Shown piece by piece: positions 39,343-52,086 of a stretch of 64,000 nucleotides of DNA; the stretch's first letter is position 1; each line of letters starts with the position of its first letter. A program made the translations under genes and the position numbers. The notes under the pieces were generated by a model. The model worked only from the letters and a program-made list of their open reading frames with translations, had not been told where the DNA came from and ran no database searches. The DNA lies in assembly GCA_951406725.2 (NCBI GenBank), contig OX597822.1:49786001-49850000 (forward strand). The letters run 5' to 3'. This DNA comes from Octopus vulgaris. Its lineage: Eukaryota.

Positions 39343-40970
39343 ACAGGCGAAGGATGCTTAATTTTGACCCGCGTCGTCTCTAAACCTACCTTCCAACAGT
39401 GTCATCTTGGAACAGTTCCAGCAACCAGAGCCGACTAGCTGTTTGTTGGCACAAGCCTTTGAACCAGGAGGGCGCGCAATGAACGAGATCGCAACTTTGG
39501 CCAACTTGTTAATCAGTAATGCTGCTCAAGTGCCGGTCAGTCTCACCTAGCGACGCTATTTCCTAGTCGATATGTTATGGCTTTCGAGCCATTTTGGGTC
39601 TTCTCGTTTCAGTCATATATAGAAACTGGCTTTAACGACCGCTTCTTGTATCCTCCTTATTACTTTTCTCAACAGTATGCTACTCAATTCTATAATCTCA
39701 CGTGTATGCTCGTATTTATACATCACAATGCCCCTAACTTCGGAGCGATATCCTCTGTAACGAAATGTAAGGGAATATTATTCAAGATAGCACATTGTAT
39801 CGAATTGAATGTTTCAGTAACCAGTCATTCACTGTAATATTCACTGCAATGGAATGTAATCCACTAATACCTTCTTCATACGAAATATTTTTCAAAAGAA
39901 TAGAAAATGATGATACGTTATACAAATTCAGTCAGCTAGAATTACAATGCAGATCCGTAAATGATCTTTTAAAAAACATCTTCTCTTGCAGCTGATTATG
40001 AAATACTTGCACATCACACTAATTCATGCTTGCACAAACAATCAACAAAATAAACCCATTGAAGCAGAATGCTCCCAATACATTAAAGTTAGAAAATTCT
40101 ACAAAACGATGTATCTCTTTCAGATTTTAAAACTCTTCGTATATTACCAACTTTTCACGAATCCAAACTACCATATAATCATCATATTTTGACTCTGTCC
40201 TCCATACTGCTTATTTTACATGATATTTTATTTTTTTTATTAATTATAGAATGAAAATTAAATTTATGCATTAATGGGTTAACTAACATTATCTAAAATG
40301 CTAGCAACGGAACCTTCACGTTCTGTTAATCGTCGACTTTTAATCAGCTTGTAACTGAAAGACCAAATTAAATATTCTTTTATTATAGAACAATAAGTGA
40401 AATGTTTATAGAAAACGCAGAATTGAACTTCGGGAATTTCATGGATATTTTAAAAAGTAATACTGACAAATGGGAAATGGAATGCTTTCATTCAAAAGTA
40501 GAAAACATTTAAAATTTACTCAGCTGTCAAACCTGATTATACCCAGAGAGTTTATCTCGCGTAGGAATATCGATGCATGCGTGCAAATATATGCATATGC
40601 TACATATGCACATGCATATACACACATGCAAACACGTATATGTATGAAACTTTGCATAATCCTCTTGTTGCATTGAATTCGATGAATCTAAGCCACACTG
40701 GATTTGCGAGTTTCATTGGTAGTTCTTGTTTATATCCGAAACAATGCCAATGCTTGGTAATGACCTTATTATTTATGAGGTCCATTTATGCGAAGGATAT
40801 CCACCCACAACGCAATACAGATGTAGCAAGCTATTTCACATCATGCATTGGTATTCACGCAAATTCGTTGCCCTGGAAAATAACTTGGTTTTCCAACTTG
40901 AAAGTATGATTTGCAAAGAGTGAGCTCGCGAGTACTTGAACTTTGAGTGCCAATAGCCACAAAAAAAATA

Positions 40971-41194
40971 CCTATTTCTTTACTACCCACAAGGGGCTAA
41001 ACACAGAGGAGACAAACAAGGACAGACAAACGGATTAAGTCGATTATATCGACCCCAGTGCGTAACAGGTACTTATTTAATCGACCTCGAAAGGATGAAA
41101 GGCAAAGTCGACCTCGGCGGAATTTGAACTCAGAACGTAACGGCAGACGAAACACGGCTACGCATTTCGCCCGGCGTGCTAACGATTCTGCCAA
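40971..41194 (-). mobile_element. Family B SINE
   Basis: Near-exact reverse complement of 13040-13265. Confidence 0.93.
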
Positions 41195-41692
41195 GCGTGC
41201 TTCTGTTCGAAGCGCTAATATTTCTGCTACCTATGTCACACATACACTCTCTCTCTCTCTCACACACACACAAGCACGCATATGCTTCTTATTTATTATT
41301 TGCGCATAGTTTCAAACTAACCTAGTCTATCAGAAGACCATCACACACAACATATACTTTTAAACAAAACTCAAATAAAATGATGGATACACCAATAAAT
41401 CCAAAGGACGAGATGTGGAGCTATCAGTTAATTTTCTCGGATGCTTAAATCAAACAGACGGAAAAGAAAACGAAAGAAAACTTACGCTATATACATAAGA
41501 AATATCACATTCTCAGCCTGGATCTCGTTGCTTTATGGTTTAGCATTAAAGACTTTACTACACGAAACGGCCGGTTAAAAAGAGCGCTGATCTTTCAAAA
41601 ATATAAAAAACAGTCGAGAATTATGCGGCAACGTACAACACTCATACGAGCGAGAAAATAAATGATATAATGTGTTGTAATATAAATACATA

Positions 41693-41925
41693 AGGCATAG
41701 GTGTGGCTCTGTGTGTGTGTGTGTGTGTGTTGACACCGCCAAATCTTGACAACTAGTATTGGTGTGTTAACGTCCCCGTAATTTAGCGGTTCGGGAATAG
41801 TGACGGATAGATTAAGTACCCGGCATCAAAGATTAACTACAGGGGTCGATTCATTTGACTAAATCTTGTTCAAGGTGATGTCGCAGCGTGGCCTCAATCT
41901 AGTGGCTGAATTAAATAAATGATAC
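41693..41925 (+). mobile_element. Internally deleted family A SINE
   Basis: AGGCATAGGTGTGGCT head joined to (TG)n and ACGTCCCCGTAATTTAGCGGTTCGG. Confidence 0.75.
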
Positions 41926-42066
41926 AAGATAAAAACAAATGACATATGCAGAAATCATAAACCACATATAAAATCATATAAACTATAAAAACATTTATGC
42001 AGGAAAATCTCTTTAATTGGAAACCACAATGTGTGGGCGCTATGCTGGAAAGAGATATAGAAGAAT

Positions 42067-42110
<44 letters not shown>

Positions 42111-42171
42111 CATATATGCTTCCACAAAGCATTTTCTCTTCATTCCTACTTCTAATTACTTATATCAAAAA

Positions 42172-42317
42172 TGTAACCGCACGTGATCGTAAGCGATTTA
42201 AATATTTTTCTGTCTTTGAATTTCCTGTTTCTTCTTGTTTCCGAAGAAGTGTTATACTCGTAATGTAAACATTCTACTCTTTTCGTTATCTGAGCGTCTT
42301 ATTAATACATTACTTGC

Positions 42318-42318
<1 letters not shown>
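42172..42318 (+). mobile_element. Diverged solo pLTR, same family as 14235-14468
   Basis: GTTTCCGAAGAAGTGTTATACTCGTAATGTAAAC (decayed hammerhead) and CTGAGCGTC..TAATAC, followed by (TA)n. Confidence 0.6.
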
Positions 42319-42359
<41 letters not shown>

Positions 42360-42479
42360 AATAATAAGGGTGAAAAACTGAATATTAATTTCATTAATAT
42401 CAATTTAAAAACAGTGGTGTAGTATATAGAAAAATCTGAAGATTCTGAAACATTATATTACATACATATAAGAGGGATG

Positions 42480-42625
42480 ACCACTAAGATGGCATCCACA
42501 TGCAACAAGTCGCCCCTCCCCCTATGGTCTTACCTCTAAGAAAGGAATGTTCTCAAGAAACATTCATTTCTTAGTGGTAAGACCATAGGGGTCGACTTCT
42601 AGCATATGGATATCCATTTAGTGGT
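42480..42625. repeat. Long imperfect inverted repeat
   Basis: Core arms 42519-42551 and 42559-42591 (33 bp, 2 mismatches, 7-nt loop) with weaker outer pairing. Confidence 0.9.
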
Positions 42626-42634
42626 TTTCTTTTT

Positions 42635-42666
<32 letters not shown>

Positions 42667-42881
42667 TGTATGTATGTGTGTGTGTATGTATGTATGTATG
42701 TATGTATGTATGTATGTATGTATGTATGTATGTATATATGTGTGTGTATGTATGTATGTATTTATGTATATATATATATATATCTTAAACACACCCACGC
42801 ACACGTATAATATACATGTATATTATGTATATATTTTATATATATATATATATATACATACACATGTCTATACATATATAT

Positions 42882-42924
<43 letters not shown>

Positions 42925-44084
42925 GTCTATAGTATATATATATGCGTGTGTATGTGTTTATGCGAATATATATGATTTTTAAATATATGAGTATATGTGT
43001 GTGCATGTGTGTGTATGTATATTTCTCTCATGTATACATGCATACATATACATATATACATATCTCCTACATGTGTATGTGATACTGAAACAATTTAATG
43101 ATAAATAGATGATAGACAAATAATTAACATTGTGTTTATGTTTTGATAACAAACATCTAATTATGATATAAACTGTATAAATACAGAAAATCACATCTCC
43201 CCGAAGCTATTATCGCTGTCACCAGTACAAAACAATTATAGAAAATTCAGATCACGATTCTAGTATTATTAAATCGAAACAACACTAGAGTTGAAACTTA
43301 TCCGCATTTTCTCCCGTCACGATATTTGAAATAATGTGTCCTCGTCATTTTCAGCATAAGCAGGATTGGGAATAATTTGCGCGTATCACACTTGTTTGTT
43401 CAATTAAACCACGTCCTCCTTCTAAGTGTCAATTATTGTGCATATTGTCAACGATTTATTCCAGAAGCACGTGTATTCAGATATTCAGCTTGTGTGTAAT
43501 CTATATCAATTCTCCCCCCTGTAATTGCAGTGAAGATGATACATATGAACAGTCTCAGTAAATAGTGATTTTTTGCACGCCAAAATGACTACAGAATCGG
43601 ATGAAAACTGAAAGCAATCTTTGAACGAAATGAATAAGTAAGAAAGTTACGATTACCGCTAGTAGCCGTTTCATTTCCATTTAACATTTTTATCCTGTTT
43701 CAGAAAAATTAAGACAAGCTTATACTCTATTACCCTTACAAGTGATCTCAATAGACTGGGATGGTTAGAAGTTTTGCTCTTCGTTTGATTTATCATACAG
43801 TAAGTTAAATTTAAGTATGGCAGAAATAGGCAACTGATAATTATAATAAATATAAATATTCAGACATAATTTGAACATGCGCAGCAACATCAACTGTAAG
43901 CTATGGAAATTTCCAAAGAAACTGGTCGCCACCTTTGCTCATCCGATTATCCTGTATCTCTCTGCTATTATCTCCGTGCCTTCTCACGCTCTAGAATATA
44001 ATATATTATATTACACTATGTTATTATATTATAATATACTAGATATTTATACAAATGTTATATATATATATAATAATGTATGAG

Positions 44085-44670
44085 ATATAGTGTATGAGAA
44101 AGAAAACCACCGCTATCGACAAAAATTTGGAATTGCAATGGGTATCCTTGCTGCCTCAATGATTGCGAACCTTGTAATGGGTTACCTAGAACTTAAAATA
44201 ACCAATCATCACTACAAAAATATGGCACCTCATTTCATCCCTATTTAAAGGAGAACTGGAAAAGATATTTGGACGATTGCCTTATACTTTGGAAAGGTAG
44301 CATGGACAAACTCCTCGAGTTCAAAATAATGCTCAACAATATCAATAGCAACATACAATTCACCATGGGGGACAGCAATAAACAATTCCCTTTTCTTGGC
44401 ATCCTAATTCAAATAGTCAATGACCACATCAAAACAGACATCTATGAAACCCACAGATTAAAAAAAATGCCTATTATTCAACTCATACTACACCAAACAC
44501 ATAAAAATTAATATACATTATAATCTGGCGAAAAGAATCTATACCATAGTCTCGGACACCTATACTCGTGAACGAAGACTCCTTGAAATCAGGTCAATAC
44601 TAATCAAAAGATATTACCCAATATTAATAAATGATGGCATTAAACGAGCAAAGGAAATAGTCATACGAAC
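44085..44670 (+). mobile_element. Penelope-like (Neptune-type) RT fragment
   Basis: YRQKFGIAMG..ANLVMGYLE..WKRYLDDCLILW..IQFTM..PFL..TDIY. Confidence 0.92.
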
Positions 44671-44682
44671 ATATATCACATG

Positions 44683-44711
44683 TGTGTTTTGCCTTTTTAT
44701 TCTAGGTAAGT
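44683..44711 (+). other. Candidate recursive splice site
   Basis: TGTTTTGCCTTTTTATTCTAG|GTAAGT, junction 44705/44706. Confidence 0.35.
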
Positions 44712-46324
44712 CCAGTCTCAGATCTGCTGAAGATTTACGATTTCAGAGTATAGTACTTTATGTGAGGTGAAGAGGGGATTTGAGAACAGTGTAAGTGTAC
44801 AGTTGTATATGTATTGATAAGTCGATATATATTCAAGCTGACACACACACATACCCACACATAAACACACACACACCAACGTAAAAACGCACTACATGTA
44901 TAGAGGAAAATATTTTCTCACATTTTATTCCTCAATACATTCACCTTTCCCATTTAAAATTATTTCTGTTACGATATATTATGTTTTTCAGTAAAATTGA
45001 ACGTTATGATAACATGTTTAATATATTTATGCGATCAATGTTTCAAAGTTAATAGTTCGTTAAAATTACATGAATAGTGTTTTCGTTTCGACGAATGATG
45101 TTATTTCTTTTTTATATATTTTCTGACTGTGTAAAAAATTTGTATATATAAAAGAAACCTATTTGTGAAAATCTCATTTTACATAAAGCATGAAATGTTT
45201 GGTGTGTGGTGAATTATTGCAATAATGGTGGTCTAGAATTCTGTCTGGCGTTATATGCTCAATTTAGATTTTTTAGGCGTATTGTGTTATATCATTTTGC
45301 AATAATTTCATAACTTATTTTGCATTGCACTTCATATATTCCATTCACCTTGAGATTTCCTGCAGTTTTAAATATTCAAGTCATGTCAGTCACAGAGAAT
45401 ATATGGCAGTAGAAATGTAATTATTTCTGTAGCACAACCTTTAAGTAAACCTAGAAATAAATGGCAGTCAAATCGTGCTAAAATCACAGCCTATAGTATG
45501 AAATAGATGTTTAAACCCCATGACCTCTGTATGTATAAATAAAATAATATAAAACTCGCTGGTTACGTCTTTGGTCATAGTTAAACTCTGCCGTGATGAT
45601 CTAGAAAACTCTACTTTATTTCTAAATCGATGTCGTCTGTAAATGAAAACATCAAATACTGAAAAGAGAACAAGATTTCACAGCCCTAAACATAATCTTA
45701 TTATGAGCCTGTTTAGAATTATTTACATTCTAAATTCAAATTCAACTGGTGTCAACTTTGCCTTTCCTCACTCAGTAATAAATTACCACTCAAATACTTG
45801 GGTCATTCATGTCGACTAAACCCTCTCCTTATTGCTGTCTTTTGACCCAAATTGGAAATCGATGTATTATTGAAATTTCAATAAAGAACTAAAATCTGAA
45901 GATAGATAATTCAGAAGAATTTTCGAAAACTTTAAGAACTTGTGAAGTATACGCTATTAAGGCTCTGCGCTTAAGAAGTTAGCACCGTTTTTATCCGGAG
46001 CTGTGATAATGAATGGATGGAAACTGTGCGAGATAGTCGTTAGAACCTTACTAGCTCTTGGACAGTAAACTAAATTTGTTGTTTATTTAAATACATCAAA
46101 ATTTACCAGAATCCGTCCTTTTTGAAGCTTTCAAACCATGTGTCTTACGTGCGGCTAATTTCTGCGCTTCCTCTCAGTAGTTTCGGTAGGCCTGAAACTC
46201 ATCAGGGTTGCCAGCTTTCCAATGATGGTTAGACAATTAGAACTACATAATATTTTTCTTAGCATTTATGCAATTTACATCCCGCTAGCTGGATGCATAA
46301 ATAGATAGTTTAGAATGTTATATA

Positions 46325-47910
46325 CTAGCAGCGATACCCGACATTGCTCGGGATTAAGGTGGCTTAATTTATATATATATATATATATATATTACAGTTA
46401 TGTTGAATCACGTGATGCGGGTAAGTGCAGCATTGACGACAAAACATTTGAGGCGTAAATGGTGGGCTAATTTGACTAAGTGACATGCCATGCGTCCTTT
46501 TGGAGGGGTCCAGGCTATGACCTGTCATGGAGGCGGGGTGTATGTAATTTCTAACGCACTGAAAAGCTGTCAGTGGATATACTCTCCTTTGTGTCGGTCG
46601 GCGCTGCGTCTAACACAACCTATTGTATGGTTGACAATCGAATGAATGTAGGTGTAATGGAGATATTGTACGTAAGTGGTTACGTTCTGGAAAGTGAACT
46701 GTGAACTGTTGAGGTGTTGCAGAAGGTGAAGAGTTGACATTGGATTGCTTGTGTGGCTGTAGAATAAGAAACATAGAGTGAAAGTATGCAGTCACATGAG
46801 AATATGTACGAACAAATTGAAAGAATAAGGCGTAATGTTTTACCGCGTCGATGGTAAGTGTAATTGGAGAATATGCTTCGATACTGAAGACCTTGCAGGA
46901 AACTGCTTTGTTGATGCAGTCTTCGGGTTTGCTGGTATTATACCGAAATGGTATCCATCTTCACCATTCACAAAGAGGAGTGGATACTGGAGCGCATCGT
47001 AGGATGTAATAATTCCTACAAAACCTCTTCGTAAGCAATATTCTTTGTGTCCCCTTGTGGAAAGAAATGCAAATGGATTTTGTTTTGCTTTCCACTCAAG
47101 AGCAGCCAACATTTAATTGCTCGTGTGAAAAGCATGACTCTTCTAAATGAAGTTCTACCACTGATAGACATTGCGAAGTTGATACTAATCTGAAATTGCA
47201 CTCTTCTGAATAAAAAATGAATTTCTCCTCTCAATGGAATGAAGGCAATTCTGGGTATGAAAACATCCTCTCCTTTTCCACATCCAGAGAGAATGTTGGC
47301 CTCAATAACATGTGGCACCATCTTCTTTACTGCCAAGTGTATTCCACTGCAGTGTTGCTGGATTCAAATTCACCAATAACATTACTGGAGTTCTCAGTTT
47401 AAGTTGCAAACCGTGGGAACGTAGTCCTGACGGTTCCAATGAATCGAGAATCTTTGTTGGATAATTTATCACCTCTTCTGGATCTTGGATTGTATCAACC
47501 GACTTATAGATGTGAGGACTTCCAGAAAAGTACTGTAGCATCTGTTCATTAATTTTACTTACATTGCTATTTTTTGGAGCCAGTAATGCTGTTCCACATA
47601 AACATTTGAGATTATAATTTTTTGAACAATGAATGTGAAGAAGACAATCAATATCTGAAAGTTACTTCGCAAAGAGTTATCCCCCACCCTTCCCCACGTA
47701 TCTCAAGAAAGGGTGTTTTCTGCTCCCAGAGGACCCGTTACTTATTATGCAAAAGAGTTTTAAGGGTCTAAAACCATCTCTGTGATATAAGTGTTGTATG
47801 TTCCCAGTTTGGAGAAAATCAGTTGCGAACTTCAGAAGATATGTTGGTTTAGACACACACACATACACACAAAGAAACACACACATGCAGCCTCATTTTT
47901 ATATACACAC
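46325..47910 (-). mobile_element. Non-autonomous Helitron with helicase and pre-Rep fragments
   Basis: 3' hairpin CCCGA-GCAATG-TCGGG then CTAG|T at 46328-46324; VMLLVNLNP, VFIPRI, FRRVQF..FAMSI (Pif1-like helicase); YDALQYPLLF..GEDGY. Confidence 0.9.
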
Positions 47911-47912
47911 AA

Positions 47913-47977
<65 letters not shown>

Positions 47978-47982
47978 GAAAT

Positions 47983-48013
<31 letters not shown>

Positions 48014-49244
48014 AATAGGAAGAATAATAATTTCCAGACTGTGTTTTTATTATATTCTATCGTATGAAGGTCATGTTCTTTTCTCTGTTAATGAAATGTC
48101 GCTTTGTTAATTGACTATCAGTCGATTTTTCTGTCAATTATTACGATAATTATTATCGAAAATTGCCAAAATTGTTGGCTCGGTTGTGTTTAGTCTAAGT
48201 AAATCGCAATCAAAGATCACACAACAGTAGTTATAATGCAGCAATTGGCGCCTAGGTACCACGTATTTGTTGGGTGTGTGACGTATTACATATCTGATCT
48301 GAAAATTGTTTTAAATAATTTTGAATAATGAAACGAGAGGAATACTTTACTGATTTCTCTATACTTCGTAAAAGAGAACGTTTTGAACAATTTCTCTCTT
48401 TTCTCCATTAGAATACCATGTACAGGGGTAGTTTGAATATTTGATTTGGAATTTTAGAACTTGATATTATTCTAATTTTATTAACGTTCTGCTTCTTTTC
48501 ATAATCAGCATAAAATTTCTGAAAACTATTCTACAGCTCTTTCGTATCCGATACACAAAGCATTGGAAATATACAACGTTTATAATCTCACGTAGAAAAC
48601 CAAAAGGAATCCAGTTTGCATTTAGAAGAGGCTTCTTTTCCAAGATAAATGAGGGAAATAACTAATGTACACATCTGCTAGGGATACACATGTTTTGGTT
48701 TCTTTCAACAAAATGTCCAAATGCATGCCATTATTATTACTAATTGCAGCCATGTGTGGGGATGATACTCGATTTATTTCTCTTTTATTTATTTGTGTGA
48801 CTGCCGATTGACTTGGGTTCGATGTGACTGTATTTGATAATGTAAAGTAAGTTAAATATCAGAACAGGAAGAAGTTCGTAGGTTGCAATCTGTCTTCTTT
48901 ACAAAGTACTACATAATATATTAATTTCTCACGAACTTACATTCTATACATTCCCGAGTGAATGTTGTATAAATGGTATCTTAAGTATTGCATTTTCCTG
49001 CGTAAATAAACAAAGGAGTTGTTAGGGAACTCCATATAAGAGATTGAATGTATGGTATGGCCACTCAATGTCCACAGTTTTCAAATGGGATACGTTTTAT
49101 CATAAATATATCATTATATCATAAATATCAAACAAGAAGCAGTATTAACTCAGTCTTACTTTTATAAAATGCACCTAATATTATATGTGTATACACTCAC
49201 ACGCGCGCGCACACACACACACACATATATACATACATAGATAA

Positions 49245-49281
<37 letters not shown>

Positions 49282-49469
49282 GAGAGATAGAGAGATAGAT
49301 AGCGAGAGAGAGGTGGAGAGACAAGTGCAGTGAAATCGGAAATCGGGCTGGAGTGTAATTTTTTTTTTAGAAACATCAACAATGGCATAAAGAAGATATA
49401 TGGTCTCTTCTATTAACGTAATACCAATGAAGTTATTTCATAGTTTAAAGCAAACCGGGTTAGAGGCAG

Positions 49470-50620
49470 GTAAGGTTCACCCAATCCAATATAGTAGACT
49501 TTTATCTGTCTATATCAAAAAGGTTACTAGTTAAGGCGCTTTGTTCACAAGGGAATTTACTAACATTAGTGATACAGATATAATAATGCACGCCATAAGA
49601 GCCCTGCCGTTGAACAATAGGTCGGCCAGTGTCAAACAAAATGACCCAGTAGCCTCCTTCGACGTGGTGATGAGAGCATTTGTCAGTACAGGCTTTATAG
49701 AATTATATATGACGGACACCTTAATGATGATGTTTCTGTCAGTCCTTTTTCATCTATACAGTGATGACACATTAATAATCTCTAGCGGTGCAAATCGGTT
49801 TATAAAGGATCGAATTCACACGTTTATCTCTCTTAAGATTACAATCGAGACCAATCTTTTCATAGTTAACTTTTTACATGTGACGCTCGTTTTGGATACC
49901 TGCTCACACAAGCCTTCCCAAAAGCTAATTGAAATGATGTCGTACATTAACAGAGCTCCCTTTCATCTACCTGGTGAAGAGTGTTAGAAAGAGGAATTGG
50001 GAGTTGTCCTCCTCACCTATTGAAACTGGGCGTTGGCAGCCAGCGAGTGTAAAGACTGCATCTACTTTTTCCCGGGGTCTAACACCCACAAAACAAGGTC
50101 ATTTGGTTAGACCCACCTGTCTTACTAAACGTTAAGACTTGCGTGGGAAGGATCTTCCTCAGATTAGTGGACGCAATAGCATAGGGACGGTCGATTATTT
50201 TATAGACAAAAGTTAAGGGCCTCATTCAGCGTATACCCAGTGGGTAGTCGATGCAACTCCGAGGCTGTGGTCTACGAGGCAGTGGTGGTGTCCAGCAGTA
50301 ACAGCAGTAGTAGCAGTGATAGCAGCTGCGGCAGTGATATCAGCAGCACTAGCAACATGTGTGGCAGTAACAAAAGCAACGGCAGCTATAGCGATAGCAA
50401 CAGCAACAGTAGTAACACCAATAACTTAAGGACACATAACAGGATATATGTTGGAGCAATGGGGAATGCGTTTTCAGTAGCGACTGAATAATCACGGGCC
50501 CACTTTTTGTTAGTATCGGGCTCAATCTCGCTCAGAAGAAATTTTAGCTTCAAAGACGTTCGTTTCAAGGTTTTTCACAATCCTGACTGAACAAAGTCTA
50601 TTCTTACCTCCATTAGTAAA
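49470..50620 (+). mobile_element. Decayed Penelope-like element (RT and GIY-YIG)
   Basis: IVDFY.SIS, FDVVM, LYSDD, LKITIETNL..VNFLHVTL; CNSEAVVYEA..IYVG. Confidence 0.82.
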
Positions 50621-50794
50621 GATGTTACGTGCCTCCGACCAGCAGATCGAATGAGTGGATCCAAGGTGCACTGAACGCAGAACCATGCACTTAGGAAGCA
50701 CAGTTCTCAACACTTAGCCACGCCAACGCCAATACACAAACATATATACACACATACATATTCACACAGAATATATATACATACATACATACAA

Positions 50795-50832
<38 letters not shown>

Positions 50833-50836
<4 letters not shown>

Positions 50837-51075
50837 CAGTCATTTTACAGATGCTGGAGCACCACAGCACCACTATAAGGAGTTTTAGTCGAACAAATTT
50901 ATCTCATGACATATTTTTAAAACCTAGTACTTATTCTATCGGCCTCTATATAGCCGAAGCGATATGTTACGGGGGCATGCACAAACCAATAACGGCTGTC
51001 AAGCTGTGATGGGAAGACAAACACAGACGCAGTGCCCCCCACCCCACACGCTTATACGACGGAATTCGTTCAGCT
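50833..51075 (-). mobile_element. Diverged family A SINE, 3' part
   Basis: ATGCTGGAGCACC, TTTAGTCGAACAAAT, CCTAGTACTTATTCTATCGG. Confidence 0.8.
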
Positions 51076-51089
51076 TATATAAGTGTGTG

Positions 51090-51129
<40 letters not shown>

Positions 51130-51699
51130 ATAAAGACACACACACGCACATACACACACACATATACACAGGCATAAGTACAGGCTGCTACCTTATGACT
51201 TCAATACGTGTTCAAATACGTAATATAATACGTGATGTCACAAAAGAAGTAGTATAACTCTTTAAGATAATTGGATATGAATCTATTTCTGTTTCTCAAC
51301 AATTATACTTTGAAAAATATGCTTATGTGAACCATATGTCATAGAAGATGTATTCTGCTAATATGAATAAACAATAATTACGGCTTTGAATAACAACGTT
51401 ATGAAACCAAGATAAAATAAAAGCAAACTTTAATCAGAAGCAGATAACTTTGAATAGCGGTTCCCAAAGTAGAATATTGGCATGGGAGTTCCATGAAGTT
51501 AACATAATTGTCTGAAGAAAAGAAACAACAATAATAAAAAAAATACATTATTATATTATTATACCGTATTCATAAGCATTAATAAATGGGGAATTTTGCG
51601 AATATTTTTTTTTATAGAGAACTGTTATTGAGTACCCGGCAATAAGTGAGATAGCTTACGTAAACCATGTATATGTGTGTACAAGTAATTCAGAGCGTC

Positions 51700-51797
51700 T
51701 ATACATACATTCACACATGCATATATATACATATGTATATATACATACATATATATATATATATATATACATACATATATATATATGTATATGTATG

Positions 51798-51839
<42 letters not shown>

Positions 51840-51920
51840 TATATATGTATATATATATATATACACACATGTATATATATACATATACATATATACATGC
51901 AAACACAAATGCGCACATAT

Positions 51921-51967
<47 letters not shown>

Positions 51968-52047
51968 TGTGTATATATACATGCATATATATGTATGCAT
52001 ATATATATATGCATATATATATATATATGTATGCATATAAATATATA

Positions 52048-52085
<38 letters not shown>
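51700..52085. repeat. Degenerate (TA)n/(CA)n/(TATG)n tract
   Basis: Directly visible; source of several spurious long ORFs. Confidence 0.97.

Positions 52086-52086
<1 letters not shown>

Noticed and set aside
44727-44750. Hammerhead at CTGAAGAT after the Penelope RT fragment
   Set aside because: No helix II or GAAA follows.
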